Virus record (IMG/VR): IMGVR_UViG_3300046697_000072
Length of the DNA stretch: 64,000 nt
DNA from: a virus
Direction: 5' to 3' (one strand)
Part shown: positions 24,873 to 33,507 of the stretch, piece after piece
How positions within the stretch are numbered: position 1 is the stretch's first letter
How the letters are laid out: each line of letters begins with the position of its first letter
The notes under the pieces: generated by a model
Database searches by the model: none
What the model was told of the DNA's origin: nothing
The model's input: only the letters and a program-made list of their open reading frames with translations
Position numbers and translations under genes: made by a program

Positions 24873-26230
24873 AGACGGGCACCGAACAGAGCTTGCCTTG
24901 TAACGTAGACGCCGAGCGGGCCGTCCTTGGCTGTCTACTACTCGACGACTCGCTTGTCAAAGAGATCGACATCGGGCCGGATGCGTTCAGCCTGGATACT
25001 CACCGGAAGATCCTGAAGCATATCCTCAGCGTCTACGAGGAACAGAAACAGGTTGACTACATCACGGTGGCGAACTCCCTGGTCTCAACTGGAGAGATCG
25101 AGTCGGTTGGCGGGGTGAGTTACCTGACATCGCTAACAGAGGGATTGCCGGAACATACGCGCATTACCGGATATCTCGGAATCGTCAAAGAGAAAGCCGC
25201 TCTTCGACGGCTGGTATTTCTGGGAGAGCATCTTGTCAACACTTCACTGGCTCAAGAGTTCACGTCTCTGAAGATTGTCCACGACCTCGAAAAAGCCATC
25301 ACCAAGATGGAGATAGGCGCGGAGAAGTCTTCATTCCAGAGCCTCGCGGATATTGTGGAGTCCTACGGAGGCCGGAAAGAATTCATCTCCCATGCGGTTG
25401 ACCCCGGTGTCAGCTTCGGGTTTCCTCAGTGGGACAACCTGCTGGTTGGGTTGCAGCCGGAATGCCAGTACATCATAGCTGGACGCACCAGTTCCGGGAA
25501 GTCTGCTCTGGCCGGGAACGTCGCGGTCAGCCTCGCCAAACGAGGCATCCCGGTCGCCATCCTGGGGCTGGAAATGGGACGAGGGATCACGCTGGCCAGA
25601 ATGCTTTGCTCGCAGGCTCAGGCCCCGATCAAGTACTACTTGCGGCAGGAACTCACAGCTACCCAGATGATGTACGTCGATCACGCCATGGAGGAAATAC
25701 TGGGGCTCCCGATCTACATTGACGATGATCCACACTTGACCATCACAGACATGGCCCACAAGATCAACCGGATTGTGGCAGAGAAGAAAGTCCGCGTGGT
25801 GTTCTTAGACCACGTACACCGAGTCAACTGGCAAGGCGACAAAGACCTAAAGATCCGAAATGAGTACGAGGGGATCACTACCGCAAGTTGGACATGCTGC
25901 CTACTGGCTCGACAGAACAAGATCTCAACGGTGGTTCTGTGCCAGTTGAATCGGCCACCTGACAAACGCAAGGACGATGCCCCGCCGACACTCAACGATC
26001 TTCGGTCCACGGGGGCTCTTGAGTTCGATGCCACCGGGGTTCTGATGCTCCACCGTCCCGAACTCTACGACAAGACCAAGACTGATTATAAGGGGATTGC
26101 GGAAGCATACGTCCGTAAGTCTAGGAACGGAGAACTCGGGATGGTGAGGATGAAGTTCAAGGGCTACTGCGTTACGTTTGAAGAAGACGAGCCGGGACTG
26201 GTGCCACCGGAAGAGGAGCACACGACATGA
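24869..26230 (+). CDS. dnaB: Replicative DNA helicase DnaB
   Basis: N-terminal NVDAERAVLGCLLLDD. Walker A GRTSSGKSALAGN. LGLEMG, RNGELG. 453 aa. Confidence 0.9.
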   Translation: MKTGTEQSLPCNVDAERAVLGCLLLDDSLVKEIDIGPDAFSLDTHRKILKHILSVYEEQKQVDYITVANSLVSTGEIESVGGVSYLTSLTEGLPEHTRITGYLGIVKEKAALRRLVFLGEHLVNTSLAQEFTSLKIVHDLEKAITKMEIGAEKSSFQSLADIVESYGGRKEFISHAVDPGVSFGFPQWDNLLVGLQPECQYIIAGRTSSGKSALAGNVAVSLAKRGIPVAILGLEMGRGITLARMLCSQAQAPIKYYLRQELTATQMMYVDHAMEEILGLPIYIDDDPHLTITDMAHKINRIVAEKKVRVVFLDHVHRVNWQGDKDLKIRNEYEGITTASWTCCLLARQNKISTVVLCQLNRPPDKRKDDAPPTLNDLRSTGALEFDATGVLMLHRPELYDKTKTDYKGIAEAYVRKSRNGELGMVRMKFKGYCVTFEEDEPGLVPPEEEHTT

Positions 26231-26409
26231 CGCCGAGTACAACGTTGGACAAAGGCAAACGGGACACTTGCAAGGGCTGCGGTGCTACCATCTGGTGGCG
26301 TCCGTGGCCGACAACCGGGAAGATGCACCCGTTCAATGAGAACGGGACTTCGCATTTCGGGACATGCCCGAATGCTTCCCAATTTCGGAAACCGAGGGTA
26401 AAGGCATGA
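26227..26409 (+). CDS. Small zinc-ribbon-like protein (60 aa)
   Basis: ATGA overlap with the dnaB stop. Contains CKGCG...GTCP. Confidence 0.55.
   Translation: MTPSTTLDKGKRDTCKGCGATIWWRPWPTTGKMHPFNENGTSHFGTCPNASQFRKPRVKA
26237..26250. repeat. GTSCAACGTTGSAC dyad motif copy
   Basis: GTACAACGTTGGAC (position 3 is A) covers codons 4-8 of the 26227 ORF (TTLD). Confidence 0.8.
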
Positions 26410-26849
26410 CCCACATGCCCGCAGCACGCGCTCACCGACTGGTGGAGAAGCTACCCACCGGATTTCGGATCTATCCAGAGAAAAGCAGTGAGTATTTCTG
26501 GGTCTGGGTCTACCCGACGCAGGCCCAAATGATTCGCTTTAGCGCCCATCTACGGAGGACCGCCGCCGATCTGGTGCCAGACGCTCTCGCTTATGTTCAC
26601 CCGGTTACTACAAAGGGCATGATTGGCTACGTTCTGATCTGGGAGAAGCACCTGAACCACGCGACGGTCAGCCATGAGATCTTCCATGCCGTCGCGTGGT
26701 GGGCGCACCGGAAGCGCCTGGACCCAGTGAAGTGCCTCTCGTGGAAAGGCTGGAAGACCCAGCGCGGCATTGCCACCCATGAGCGCATGGCGGAAGCGAT
26801 GGGCAAGATGGCAGCGCAGTTCTGGAGGCACATTCATGATGCGAGGTAA
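26406..26849 (+). CDS. HExxH-motif protein (putative metallopeptidase, 147 aa)
   Basis: ATG 26406 overlaps the upstream stop. Contains ATVSHEIFHAVAWW. The family is not identified. Confidence 0.5.
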   Translation: MTHMPAARAHRLVEKLPTGFRIYPEKSSEYFWVWVYPTQAQMIRFSAHLRRTAADLVPDALAYVHPVTTKGMIGYVLIWEKHLNHATVSHEIFHAVAWWAHRKRLDPVKCLSWKGWKTQRGIATHERMAEAMGKMAAQFWRHIHDAR

Positions 26850-27060
26850 CGGAGGCGGAGGCTCGGGATGGGACTACTACGATATCATCCATCCCAACTC
26901 CAGCCAAATCCATTTCAATAACCATCGCAAGGGTACATGCCGATTCCGGCTTCCCGATAAAACTCTCTGCGGGGCTCCGTTCTCTGGTCCCCCTAACCGC
27001 AAGTACTGCTCGGAGCACAGCACCTACACGCAGTACACCGGGATTTTATCCAGAGTGTAA
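26836..27060 (+). CDS. Hypothetical Cys-containing protein (74 aa)
   Basis: ATG 26836 within track ORF 26770..27060. Confidence 0.45.
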   Translation: MMRGNGGGGSGWDYYDIIHPNSSQIHFNNHRKGTCRFRLPDKTLCGAPFSGPPNRKYCSEHSTYTQYTGILSRV

Positions 27061-27068
27061 CGTTGGAC
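27055..27068. repeat. GTSCAACGTTGSAC dyad motif, near copy
   Basis: GTGTAACGTTGGAC (position 4 C>T) spans stop TAA 27058-27060. It lies 24 nt upstream of the -35 box at 27093. Confidence 0.7.
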
Positions 27069-27092
27069 TCCCACGATCCCCAAGAAAAACTC

Positions 27093-27121
27093 TTGACATC
27101 ATGAAACGGCCAGCGTAGAAT
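27093..27121 (+). promoter_or_regulatory. Sigma-70-type promoter
   Basis: GAAAAACTC-TTGACA (27093-27098), 17-nt spacer, TAGAAT (27116-27121). AAGGAG SD and ATG 27143. Confidence 0.75.
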
Positions 27122-27142
27122 CGAAATGCAAAGGAGATTTAC

Positions 27143-27904
27143 ATGCCGGAAGCAAACACCGCTTTAGAGTTAATCAAGAAGAAGCCGACTGAAAAAGAAA
27201 TGAAGTTCTTGGCCGAGACGGCCAAAGAAGGCGTTACCCTGGAGAAGTTGATCCCGGACGACATGGACCCCGGCGACTTGCTGGGCAACATGGACATCGT
27301 GTGCCGAGGGCTGGCGCGGGCCGACACGGTAACCAACGGGCTGATCCCGGTCCTGGGCCGGATGCTGGCCGTGGCGAAGTCGAACCCTGCCGTCATGGAG
27401 AAGGCCGGGGTGGATACCTGGGACAAGTTCCTGGAAGAGAAGGTCTATCCGTACTTCCAGCGGGGCCGGTCCACGGCGTTTTTCGCCCTGCGGTTGGCGA
27501 AGCGATGGCCGAGCCTGGACACCCAGACCTACACCGCCGTCTCCCGGCGCGGGTTCCAGATTCTCATGAAGGCCATCCCGGAGAAACAGACCACGGAGCC
27601 GTGGGCCAAGGCGCTGGTCAAGAAAGCCGCCAAGCTCAGCGTGGACGCGCTGGAGCAGCACTGCGAGGAGCAGGGCTACCTGACGCATGGGTCCGTTACG
27701 GGCGCGGTGATTAGGGTAGCCACGAACAAGGCCACGGCGCGGGCTTGGGAGAAGTTCTGCAAGAACAAGAAAATCCAGGCGTACTGCCAGTCCGACCAGC
27801 CGGACGTGATCCTCAACAAACTCATGGAAGAGTGCGAGATCGAGTGGATGTCGCGGGCCGAAGACGCCGCTGCCGCACCCGTTCAACCCGTGGAGGCCGC
27901 ATGA
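27143..27904 (+). CDS. Hypothetical protein (253 aa)
   Basis: Track ORF. First gene after the promoter. Antisense ORF 27170..27886 rejected. Confidence 0.65.
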   Translation: MPEANTALELIKKKPTEKEMKFLAETAKEGVTLEKLIPDDMDPGDLLGNMDIVCRGLARADTVTNGLIPVLGRMLAVAKSNPAVMEKAGVDTWDKFLEEKVYPYFQRGRSTAFFALRLAKRWPSLDTQTYTAVSRRGFQILMKAIPEKQTTEPWAKALVKKAAKLSVDALEQHCEEQGYLTHGSVTGAVIRVATNKATARAWEKFCKNKKIQAYCQSDQPDVILNKLMEECEIEWMSRAEDAAAAPVQPVEAA

Positions 27905-28287
27905 AACGATCCGCTTTTCTAGCCTCGTTACTAGGGGTGTTGGGGATCGGACAGGCGCAGCAGTGGAGAGAGGATGAACCGGAACGGAGGCTCGACCCCT
28001 TAAACTGCATGGGCTGGGACAAGGAAGGGAATATCACGCGAGTTGCCTGCGGACATTCTGGCAAGCACAAGCCGGCGCTCAACAACCAGTGCCCAGTGTG
28101 CGGCACAATGGCAAAGCCGTACAGCGGCAAGCGGGCGTATAGTGAACCGTGGTGCGAAGGCGGACCGCAGCAATTCCCGCCAACTAAGGAAATGTTGGCA
28201 CAGTGCGAAGACCTGCCGCGACAGAGGATCACTCGCTGCCTACGTTGCTCCGCAGCCTTTTGGCAAAATTCGGAGGATAAGAAATGA
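27901..28287 (+). CDS. Secreted Cys-rich protein (128 aa)
   Basis: ATGA overlap. N-terminus MKRSAFLASLLGVLGIGQAQ-QWRE is signal-peptide-like. Multiple CxxC. Confidence 0.55.
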   Translation: MKRSAFLASLLGVLGIGQAQQWREDEPERRLDPLNCMGWDKEGNITRVACGHSGKHKPALNNQCPVCGTMAKPYSGKRAYSEPWCEGGPQQFPPTKEMLAQCEDLPRQRITRCLRCSAAFWQNSEDKK

Positions 28288-28601
28288 CGACGCTAACGGA
28301 TTTCCAGACTCACTGCTCGAAGACGGGGACAGCCCCGGATTTCGATGGCTTGGCCGACATGTTCGGTGGGGCCGATAAGGTCTTCACGAGCTACCTCGAA
28401 GGCTCGATGGATCAGGATCTCAAGGACTGGGTGCTGATGCACGGCTCCCGCGCCCTGACCGCCTTCACCATGGCTCAACTGGCGCAGTTTGAGGCCAGTT
28501 CGTTCTTCTCGATCATGGGGATGCTCAACCAAATCAACTTGAACCTGAAGGAGATCAACGCCGGGATGAAGGCCATGATCCAGACACCCAAAGTGCAATG
28601 A
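28284..28601 (+). CDS. Hypothetical protein (105 aa)
   Basis: Track ORF with GGAGGA SD and ATGA overlap. Confidence 0.6.
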   Translation: MTTLTDFQTHCSKTGTAPDFDGLADMFGGADKVFTSYLEGSMDQDLKDWVLMHGSRALTAFTMAQLAQFEASSFFSIMGMLNQINLNLKEINAGMKAMIQTPKVQ

Positions 28602-29029
28602 CCCGTTCAAGAGCAGAACGCATCATCGGGTGTGAGGTCTTCCTCGTGGGGCCGAACGGACTTCACGGGCGCACGTGGCGGGCGATGGACGGTGAGACCG
28701 AGATCGCCCGCGTCACCGAGCCAGATGACGACCGGGCTTGGGATAAGCTGGTGCATGTTCTCTACCAGCGCCGGAGCCTTCAGGCGTTCGAGGAACAGGA
28801 CTGGCAGTGCCTCCAGTGCCAAAGTTACCAGCCACTGCAATCGCACCATCTGATTCCGAGGGCGAGGGGACGGTCGGATGTCAGGCCCAACTTGGCCGGT
28901 CTGTGCCCTGCGTGCCACGACAATATCACCCAGAACCGGGTGAAACTCACGCCCCATCCCCGCGTTCTGGAAGCGGTATTCCAGGCATCCGGCCTCCGGT
29001 GGAGCGATACTGGGTGGGTGAGGGAGTGA
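28598..29029 (+). CDS. HNH endonuclease
   Basis: CLQC...QSHHLIPRARGRSDVRPNLAGLCPACHDNI. Confidence 0.8.
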   Translation: MTRSRAERIIGCEVFLVGPNGLHGRTWRAMDGETEIARVTEPDDDRAWDKLVHVLYQRRSLQAFEEQDWQCLQCQSYQPLQSHHLIPRARGRSDVRPNLAGLCPACHDNITQNRVKLTPHPRVLEAVFQASGLRWSDTGWVRE

Positions 29030-29030
29030 C

Positions 29031-29564
29031 ATGGCAACCTCGAACACTGTCGGGTTGGAGGAAGACTGGTACGACGACCCCCTGATGGATGAAGATCCGG
29101 GACCGGACAAACCCGGCCCGCTTCTTCCGCCACCGCCGAACCCCGCAGCAATAGGCGTTCCCCCTCCTCCGCAGATCGGAGATTACAAACTGACTCAAGA
29201 TGGGACCGAGATGGTCTACACCCTTACTGGGTGGAAACAGGTTCCTGCTACTGACCTGACCGAATGGCAGGATACCGAATGGACGGATTTCGGTTCACCT
29301 AAGAAAATCCTGAAAGGGGTTCATCTTAACGTTGATGCCCCTCCCGGCATGAAGTTCAAGGTGTCAGTTGATGGCGAGGAGGTCCCATTCAAGTTTTATC
29401 CGGGCTCGGTGACCAAATCTACCGAGGTTTTTCTGGGGACAGCGCTCCCCTATCCGTGGGAAGCCCCCCCCTATTCCTCGAAACCAGCCCCACCGACGCC
29501 CAAGAAACCGGCCCCGGAGCCCATGGACCTGACCAGCAAACGGAGGATCGCGCTAAATGAGTGA
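29031..29564 (+). CDS. Hypothetical protein (177 aa), Pro-rich N-terminus
   Basis: Track ORF with GGGAG SD. Confidence 0.6.
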   Translation: MATSNTVGLEEDWYDDPLMDEDPGPDKPGPLLPPPPNPAAIGVPPPPQIGDYKLTQDGTEMVYTLTGWKQVPATDLTEWQDTEWTDFGSPKKILKGVHLNVDAPPGMKFKVSVDGEEVPFKFYPGSVTKSTEVFLGTALPYPWEAPPYSSKPAPPTPKKPAPEPMDLTSKRRIALNE

Positions 29565-29787
29565 CACCCGCGAGATCGAAGAACACATGGAAGAGTTCAA
29601 GTTCCTGTGTGAAAAGTACATCGTCGGCCAAGAGGTCAAGGGCGTTATGGTCTATGCGGACATCGTGGAGTTAAGTATGGAAGGCGGGGGACGGGTGGTG
29701 TTCCAGTCCGGGTCCGGGCCGATCCAAATCAGCTTCGGCGGGGAGGAACCGGGAGAGATGGCGCTGGCTACGGGGAAGGTGCAGTGA
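29557..29787 (+). CDS. Hypothetical protein (76 aa)
   Basis: Track ORF with an 8-nt overlap. Confidence 0.5.
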   Translation: MSDTREIEEHMEEFKFLCEKYIVGQEVKGVMVYADIVELSMEGGGRVVFQSGSGPIQISFGGEEPGEMALATGKVQ

Positions 29788-30224
29788 TGGGTATTCTCGA
29801 AGACCTCAAAGAGATCGACCGCCTCATATCCGAAGTCGATCCGATAGAAATCGTCCTGCTCGGAAAAGTCCCAAGTAAAAAAAATCGATATAGGCCACGT
29901 AAGGGAGGCAAGGGGTTTTTCAAGGATTCCACTCTTCAGGACGAGCTTGACCGGCTTGCTCTACAAATCCCCGCTGAGGCCCGCGATCTTCGGCTGCGCC
30001 ACCCGGCCATCGATTTCTACTTCACGTACACGAAAGCGAATTATGATCGCGACAATGCCTGCCAGTGTCTTTTGGACCTGCTCGTTTCGCCGTACCGAGT
30101 TCTGGAGGACGACAACATCGCTCAGTGCAACGGCACGATCACCATCCACCCGGCAGTACGCGGAGAGCAGGACAGCGTGCGGATCGTTCTGACACCGAGT
30201 GCAACGTTGGACAAGAGCCGATGA
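29787..30224 (+). CDS. rusA: RusA-like Holliday-junction resolvase
   Basis: ...GKVPSKKNRYRPR...FYFTY...DRDNACQCLLDLLVSPYRVLEDDNI... matches the RusA D-x-DN / DD pattern. TGATG junction. Confidence 0.6.
   Translation: MGILEDLKEIDRLISEVDPIEIVLLGKVPSKKNRYRPRKGGKGFFKDSTLQDELDRLALQIPAEARDLRLRHPAIDFYFTYTKANYDRDNACQCLLDLLVSPYRVLEDDNIAQCNGTITIHPAVRGEQDSVRIVLTPSATLDKSR
30199..30212. repeat. GTSCAACGTTGSAC dyad motif copy
   Basis: GTGCAACGTTGGAC in the last codons of rusA (ATLD), 8 nt upstream of ATG 30221. Confidence 0.9.
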
Positions 30225-30571
30225 GCCGCCTTAAGGAGAAGGTGCGCGAGCAGTTGGCTGGCCAGGAAATTCGCAACGCTATGCGTCAGGCCGGCCGTAG
30301 AACCGCAAGCCAACTCAAGTTGATTTACAATGCCCGCCGCCAGCACAAGCTGGACACCCTGGAGCAAGCCAGTGATTGGCTGCTGCTGGCTGGGATACAC
30401 CAAAGCGATGAAACGTATTACGGAGTAACGATGTTGTACGCGGGCGGCGCAACGCTAGTCTATTCCCCGGACGGGAAGCTCTCAAGCCGGTATGCTCCCC
30501 GGATTTCCGGGGATGAACCCGAGCAGTGGGTTCTGTTCAGCGACGAGTGCCCCGAGATTTCTTCCTCTTAG
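30221..30571 (+). CDS. Hypothetical protein (116 aa)
   Basis: ATG 30221 within track ORF 30065..30571 (MSRLKEKVREQ...). ATGA overlap with the rusA stop. Confidence 0.55.
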   Translation: MSRLKEKVREQLAGQEIRNAMRQAGRRTASQLKLIYNARRQHKLDTLEQASDWLLLAGIHQSDETYYGVTMLYAGGATLVYSPDGKLSSRYAPRISGDEPEQWVLFSDECPEISSS

Positions 30572-30716
30572 AACGCTTCGGGATGTTGTGCCCCTCTTTC
30601 CTCAAGTAGCTCAACTGTATGGCGCGGGCCTGTTTCTTCGAGCGGACGATCTTTCCGCCCTTACCTGAATGCAGCTTGCGCTTTCTGAATCGACTCATGA
30701 CTTCCGAGGCTGGCAT
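30537..30716 (-). CDS. Very basic small ORF (53-59 aa), absent from the ORF track
   Basis: Hand translation: (MPASEV)MSRFRKRKLHSGKGGKIVRSKKQARAIQLSYLRKEGHNIPKRSKRKKSRGTRR*. It starts 4 nt after the 928-aa gene stop, with GGGAG upstream. Confidence 0.35.
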   Translation of the reverse strand: MPASEVMSRFRKRKLHSGKGGKIVRSKKQARAIQLSYLRKEGHNIPKRSKRKKSRGTRR

Positions 30717-30720
30717 ATTA

Positions 30721-33507
30721 CTACTCCCTTCTCAGTGGAGGCTTCACCGGCTTCCGGCCTTTTGGCGTTGGTTCTTCTGGCGGCTTCGGAGGGGGAGTGC
30801 CGCCCCGCTCAGCTATGATCGCTTCAATTTTCTCGTTGAGTTGCGCCATCTCTTCCGGGCTGAGTTGGTGCGAGCGGAAGATATCTTCGGCGGCTTCCGG
30901 CATGGGCACAAATTTGGATTGAGGAGTCTCTTCGCCCGCAGCTTCGGCTCTATTCGCTTCGCCTCGGGTTACTCCCCGTTCCAGCTTACTGTTCTTCCGC
31001 ATGTAATCCACGGCGGCTCCCTGAGCCCGCTGATTCACAAAAGCTTGTTGGTCGACTTGACTTTTACTGGGGTCGAACCGTTCAAGGGCTTTGAAAGCTT
31101 CCACGGCAACTTCCTGCCGGGCATCTTCGCGTAGGCTCGGGGGAACCTTGCGGACGGCCTTATCCAGAACGCCGTCGAACCAGTCGGGAATCTCGGGAGT
31201 AGTTCCGGGCAGTCCCTCCGCTGAAGGTTCAGCCGCCTGCCCCGGTGCTTTTGGGGGGTCTTCCCCTCCGAGATTCTCCGTCCACCGCTTCACTCCCTTT
31301 GGGTTCCCGACCGGCTCAATGTCCAAAGTCGTAGCGCCGGGAGTACTGACGATCAACTGCGCCAATCCCTCCGGGGTAGACTGCCCCAAAGTAATCGTGC
31401 TTTCGCTGAGAACTTTCCCCTTGATTCCGGGCGCGTCTTTGATCTGAACTCGGAATCCCTTCATCCCGCCGTCCTGGGCTTTCTTGAATACCGCATCCGC
31501 CTGGGCAGTAATCTGCGGGGTAACTTCCGGTGCAACGTTGGACTTACCGGCCTTTGATTTAGGCGTGGGGGGCGGCTCACCTTTCTCCGCCCCTTGTTTG
31601 GCGGGCGCTGGTTCCGTGGATTCGGAGGATTTAGAAGCGCGGAGCTTGGCTGGGTATGATGCCTCGTATATCTTCTCTAAGTCGTAAGAATTGAACTGCT
31701 TACCGCCTGTCCTGCTTTCCCATACGTGCGGGGATACCTGGGTGTAATTCTTCTTTTTCCATGCCTCCAGGCCCGGCCTTCGCCCGGATGTCGCAGCCTG
31801 TGCCGTAGTATCCGGTGGGGTTACAGCCGGGCCAGCGGTCGTATCAGGCGGTGTCACTGGGGGTGGCGGAGGGGTTTCAGCCGGTTTCAGCGGAGGCTGA
31901 ATTGGCGCTGGCTTGGGTGCGGGCGGGGCGGGCACCGGGGTAGGGGCCTCTGCCGGGGCCGGAGCGGGGGCAGGGGCCGCAACCGGGGGAGTTGGGGGCA
32001 CGGGAGCTTCCGGAGCGTCCTGGGGTGCCGGAGCCGGAGCAACCGGAGCCGGGGTGGCTGGCGGCGCTGGCGCTAAAGGGTCCGGGGCTGGAGCAGCGGC
32101 TGGCGCTGGGGCCGGTGGCGGCGTTTCCACGGGGGTAGGGGCGGGTTTTGGCTCCGGTGCAGCCTGAGGCCCCGGAGGAGGGGTTCCTGCCGTCTTAGGC
32201 CGGGGGGCGATCCATCCATCCGTCTGCAACTTCTTAATTGTCGCAAACGGCAAGCTGACCGGAGAGGTCTTCCCGGTTGGATCTGTGACGACCCCAGACA
32301 CCCCATCCTGGGATATCTTACTGAAAACAACCGTACTGCCCGATGGAGCCCCAGGGAATCCTTTCTTGGTGACGTACTCCTGAGACGGGGCGGCGGCTGG
32401 CGTTGTCGGGGGAGAGGCTGGTTTCGGGGTCTCAGTGGCGGCTGCTGGTGTCGGAGGGGGTTCTGGAGCCGCTTGCGCTTCAGCCGGTGGATTCGGGGGT
32501 GCTTCCCCCTCAAACGTGCTGGGCGGAACTTTCGGAGGTTTGGGAATCGGGGCGATCTTATCCTGGAGCTTGGCACCAGCCCTGCGAACGGGGGCTGTGA
32601 CTTTCCGAGCACCTTCCTTGGCCAGATTCTTGGCCTCAACCAGCATGTCCTTCGCGGCAGCGGGATCAGCCCCGACCAGAGCCGCCATGGTAGCTCCAGA
32701 AGTGACCATCTTCTGGATGATCTTCTGGGGATCTTCCCCAGATTCCAGACCTTGAATTAGATCGATGGCCATGTTCGGACCACCAGCCCAAATCAGTTTC
32801 TGAAGTCCGGGGACTTTCTGAACGATCCCCAGGTACTTTCCCATCAGGGCCGCACCGACACCGGACTGTACGGCGGGCCAGAACCCCTTGTCGGATTCTT
32901 CCAGAGCTCCAATTCCTCCCATGACCAAAGGGGCCGCTGGTCCCGCCGCCATCGCCGGAGCGTAGGTTGCTACCTGGGGGACTGCTGCGCCGAGTCCCTT
33001 GTAAATCGGAGACGCAAGGCTCTCTGTCTTCGGGGCCACTTCCTCTGACTGTTTCTCGTAGGCTCCGGACTGCTCCCGGAGATACTTATCTAGTTTTTTT
33101 GCCCCAACCAACTTGGCGGCGTTTGCCCCAGTTCTCAGAAACCCAGATGTCCCTTTCAGGTATCCGCTGTAAACCTCTTTCGCTGGGTTGACGAATGCTT
33201 CTTCCATGAAGCCGGGACCGGGGGGGCCGGCTGGTTTCTCCGGCTGCGATACACCCCCCAGGTTCTTCAGAGTATCTTGGATCTTGTTCTCAGGGAGATC
33301 GGCAAACTTAAACCCTGTGCGCTGTCCCGGATCAAGAGAACTGTACCAGAGTGAAGCGAACTCAGGCCGGGTGAGCTTGCGACCGAGTTTGCTGTACTTC
33401 TGTCCGACTTCATTGGCGAACTTCACCGCATCGGGATTGTTCGATTGGAGAGCCTGTTTGAAAGAATCGTAGTATTGATCGACGGTAACGCCTTGCTCTT
33501 GGCTCAT
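30721..33507 (-). CDS. Large virion-internal/ejection-type protein (928 aa) with sigma-70 region-2-like C-terminal segment
   Basis: Gly/Ala-rich hydrophobic N-terminal region, then long PAPAP linkers. The C-terminal segment REDARQEVAVEAFKALERFDPSKSQVDQQAFVNQRAQGAAVDYMRKN resembles ECF sigma region 2. Confidence 0.75.
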   Translation of the reverse strand: MSQEQGVTVDQYYDSFKQALQSNNPDAVKFANEVGQKYSKLGRKLTRPEFASLWYSSLDPGQRTGFKFADLPENKIQDTLKNLGGVSQPEKPAGPPGPGFMEEAFVNPAKEVYSGYLKGTSGFLRTGANAAKLVGAKKLDKYLREQSGAYEKQSEEVAPKTESLASPIYKGLGAAVPQVATYAPAMAAGPAAPLVMGGIGALEESDKGFWPAVQSGVGAALMGKYLGIVQKVPGLQKLIWAGGPNMAIDLIQGLESGEDPQKIIQKMVTSGATMAALVGADPAAAKDMLVEAKNLAKEGARKVTAPVRRAGAKLQDKIAPIPKPPKVPPSTFEGEAPPNPPAEAQAAPEPPPTPAAATETPKPASPPTTPAAAPSQEYVTKKGFPGAPSGSTVVFSKISQDGVSGVVTDPTGKTSPVSLPFATIKKLQTDGWIAPRPKTAGTPPPGPQAAPEPKPAPTPVETPPPAPAPAAAPAPDPLAPAPPATPAPVAPAPAPQDAPEAPVPPTPPVAAPAPAPAPAEAPTPVPAPPAPKPAPIQPPLKPAETPPPPPVTPPDTTAGPAVTPPDTTAQAATSGRRPGLEAWKKKNYTQVSPHVWESRTGGKQFNSYDLEKIYEASYPAKLRASKSSESTEPAPAKQGAEKGEPPPTPKSKAGKSNVAPEVTPQITAQADAVFKKAQDGGMKGFRVQIKDAPGIKGKVLSESTITLGQSTPEGLAQLIVSTPGATTLDIEPVGNPKGVKRWTENLGGEDPPKAPGQAAEPSAEGLPGTTPEIPDWFDGVLDKAVRKVPPSLREDARQEVAVEAFKALERFDPSKSQVDQQAFVNQRAQGAAVDYMRKNSKLERGVTRGEANRAEAAGEETPQSKFVPMPEAAEDIFRSHQLSPEEMAQLNEKIEAIIAERGGTPPPKPPEEPTPKGRKPVKPPLRRE
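31530..31543. repeat. GTSCAACGTTGSAC dyad motif copy
   Basis: GTGCAACGTTGGAC inside the 928-aa gene. Confidence 0.9.

Noticed and set aside
31913-32167. Gly/Ala-rich plus-strand ORF and other ORFs across 31.7-32.7 kb
   Set aside because: They are mirror or alternative frames of the PAPAP linker region of the 928-aa minus-strand gene.
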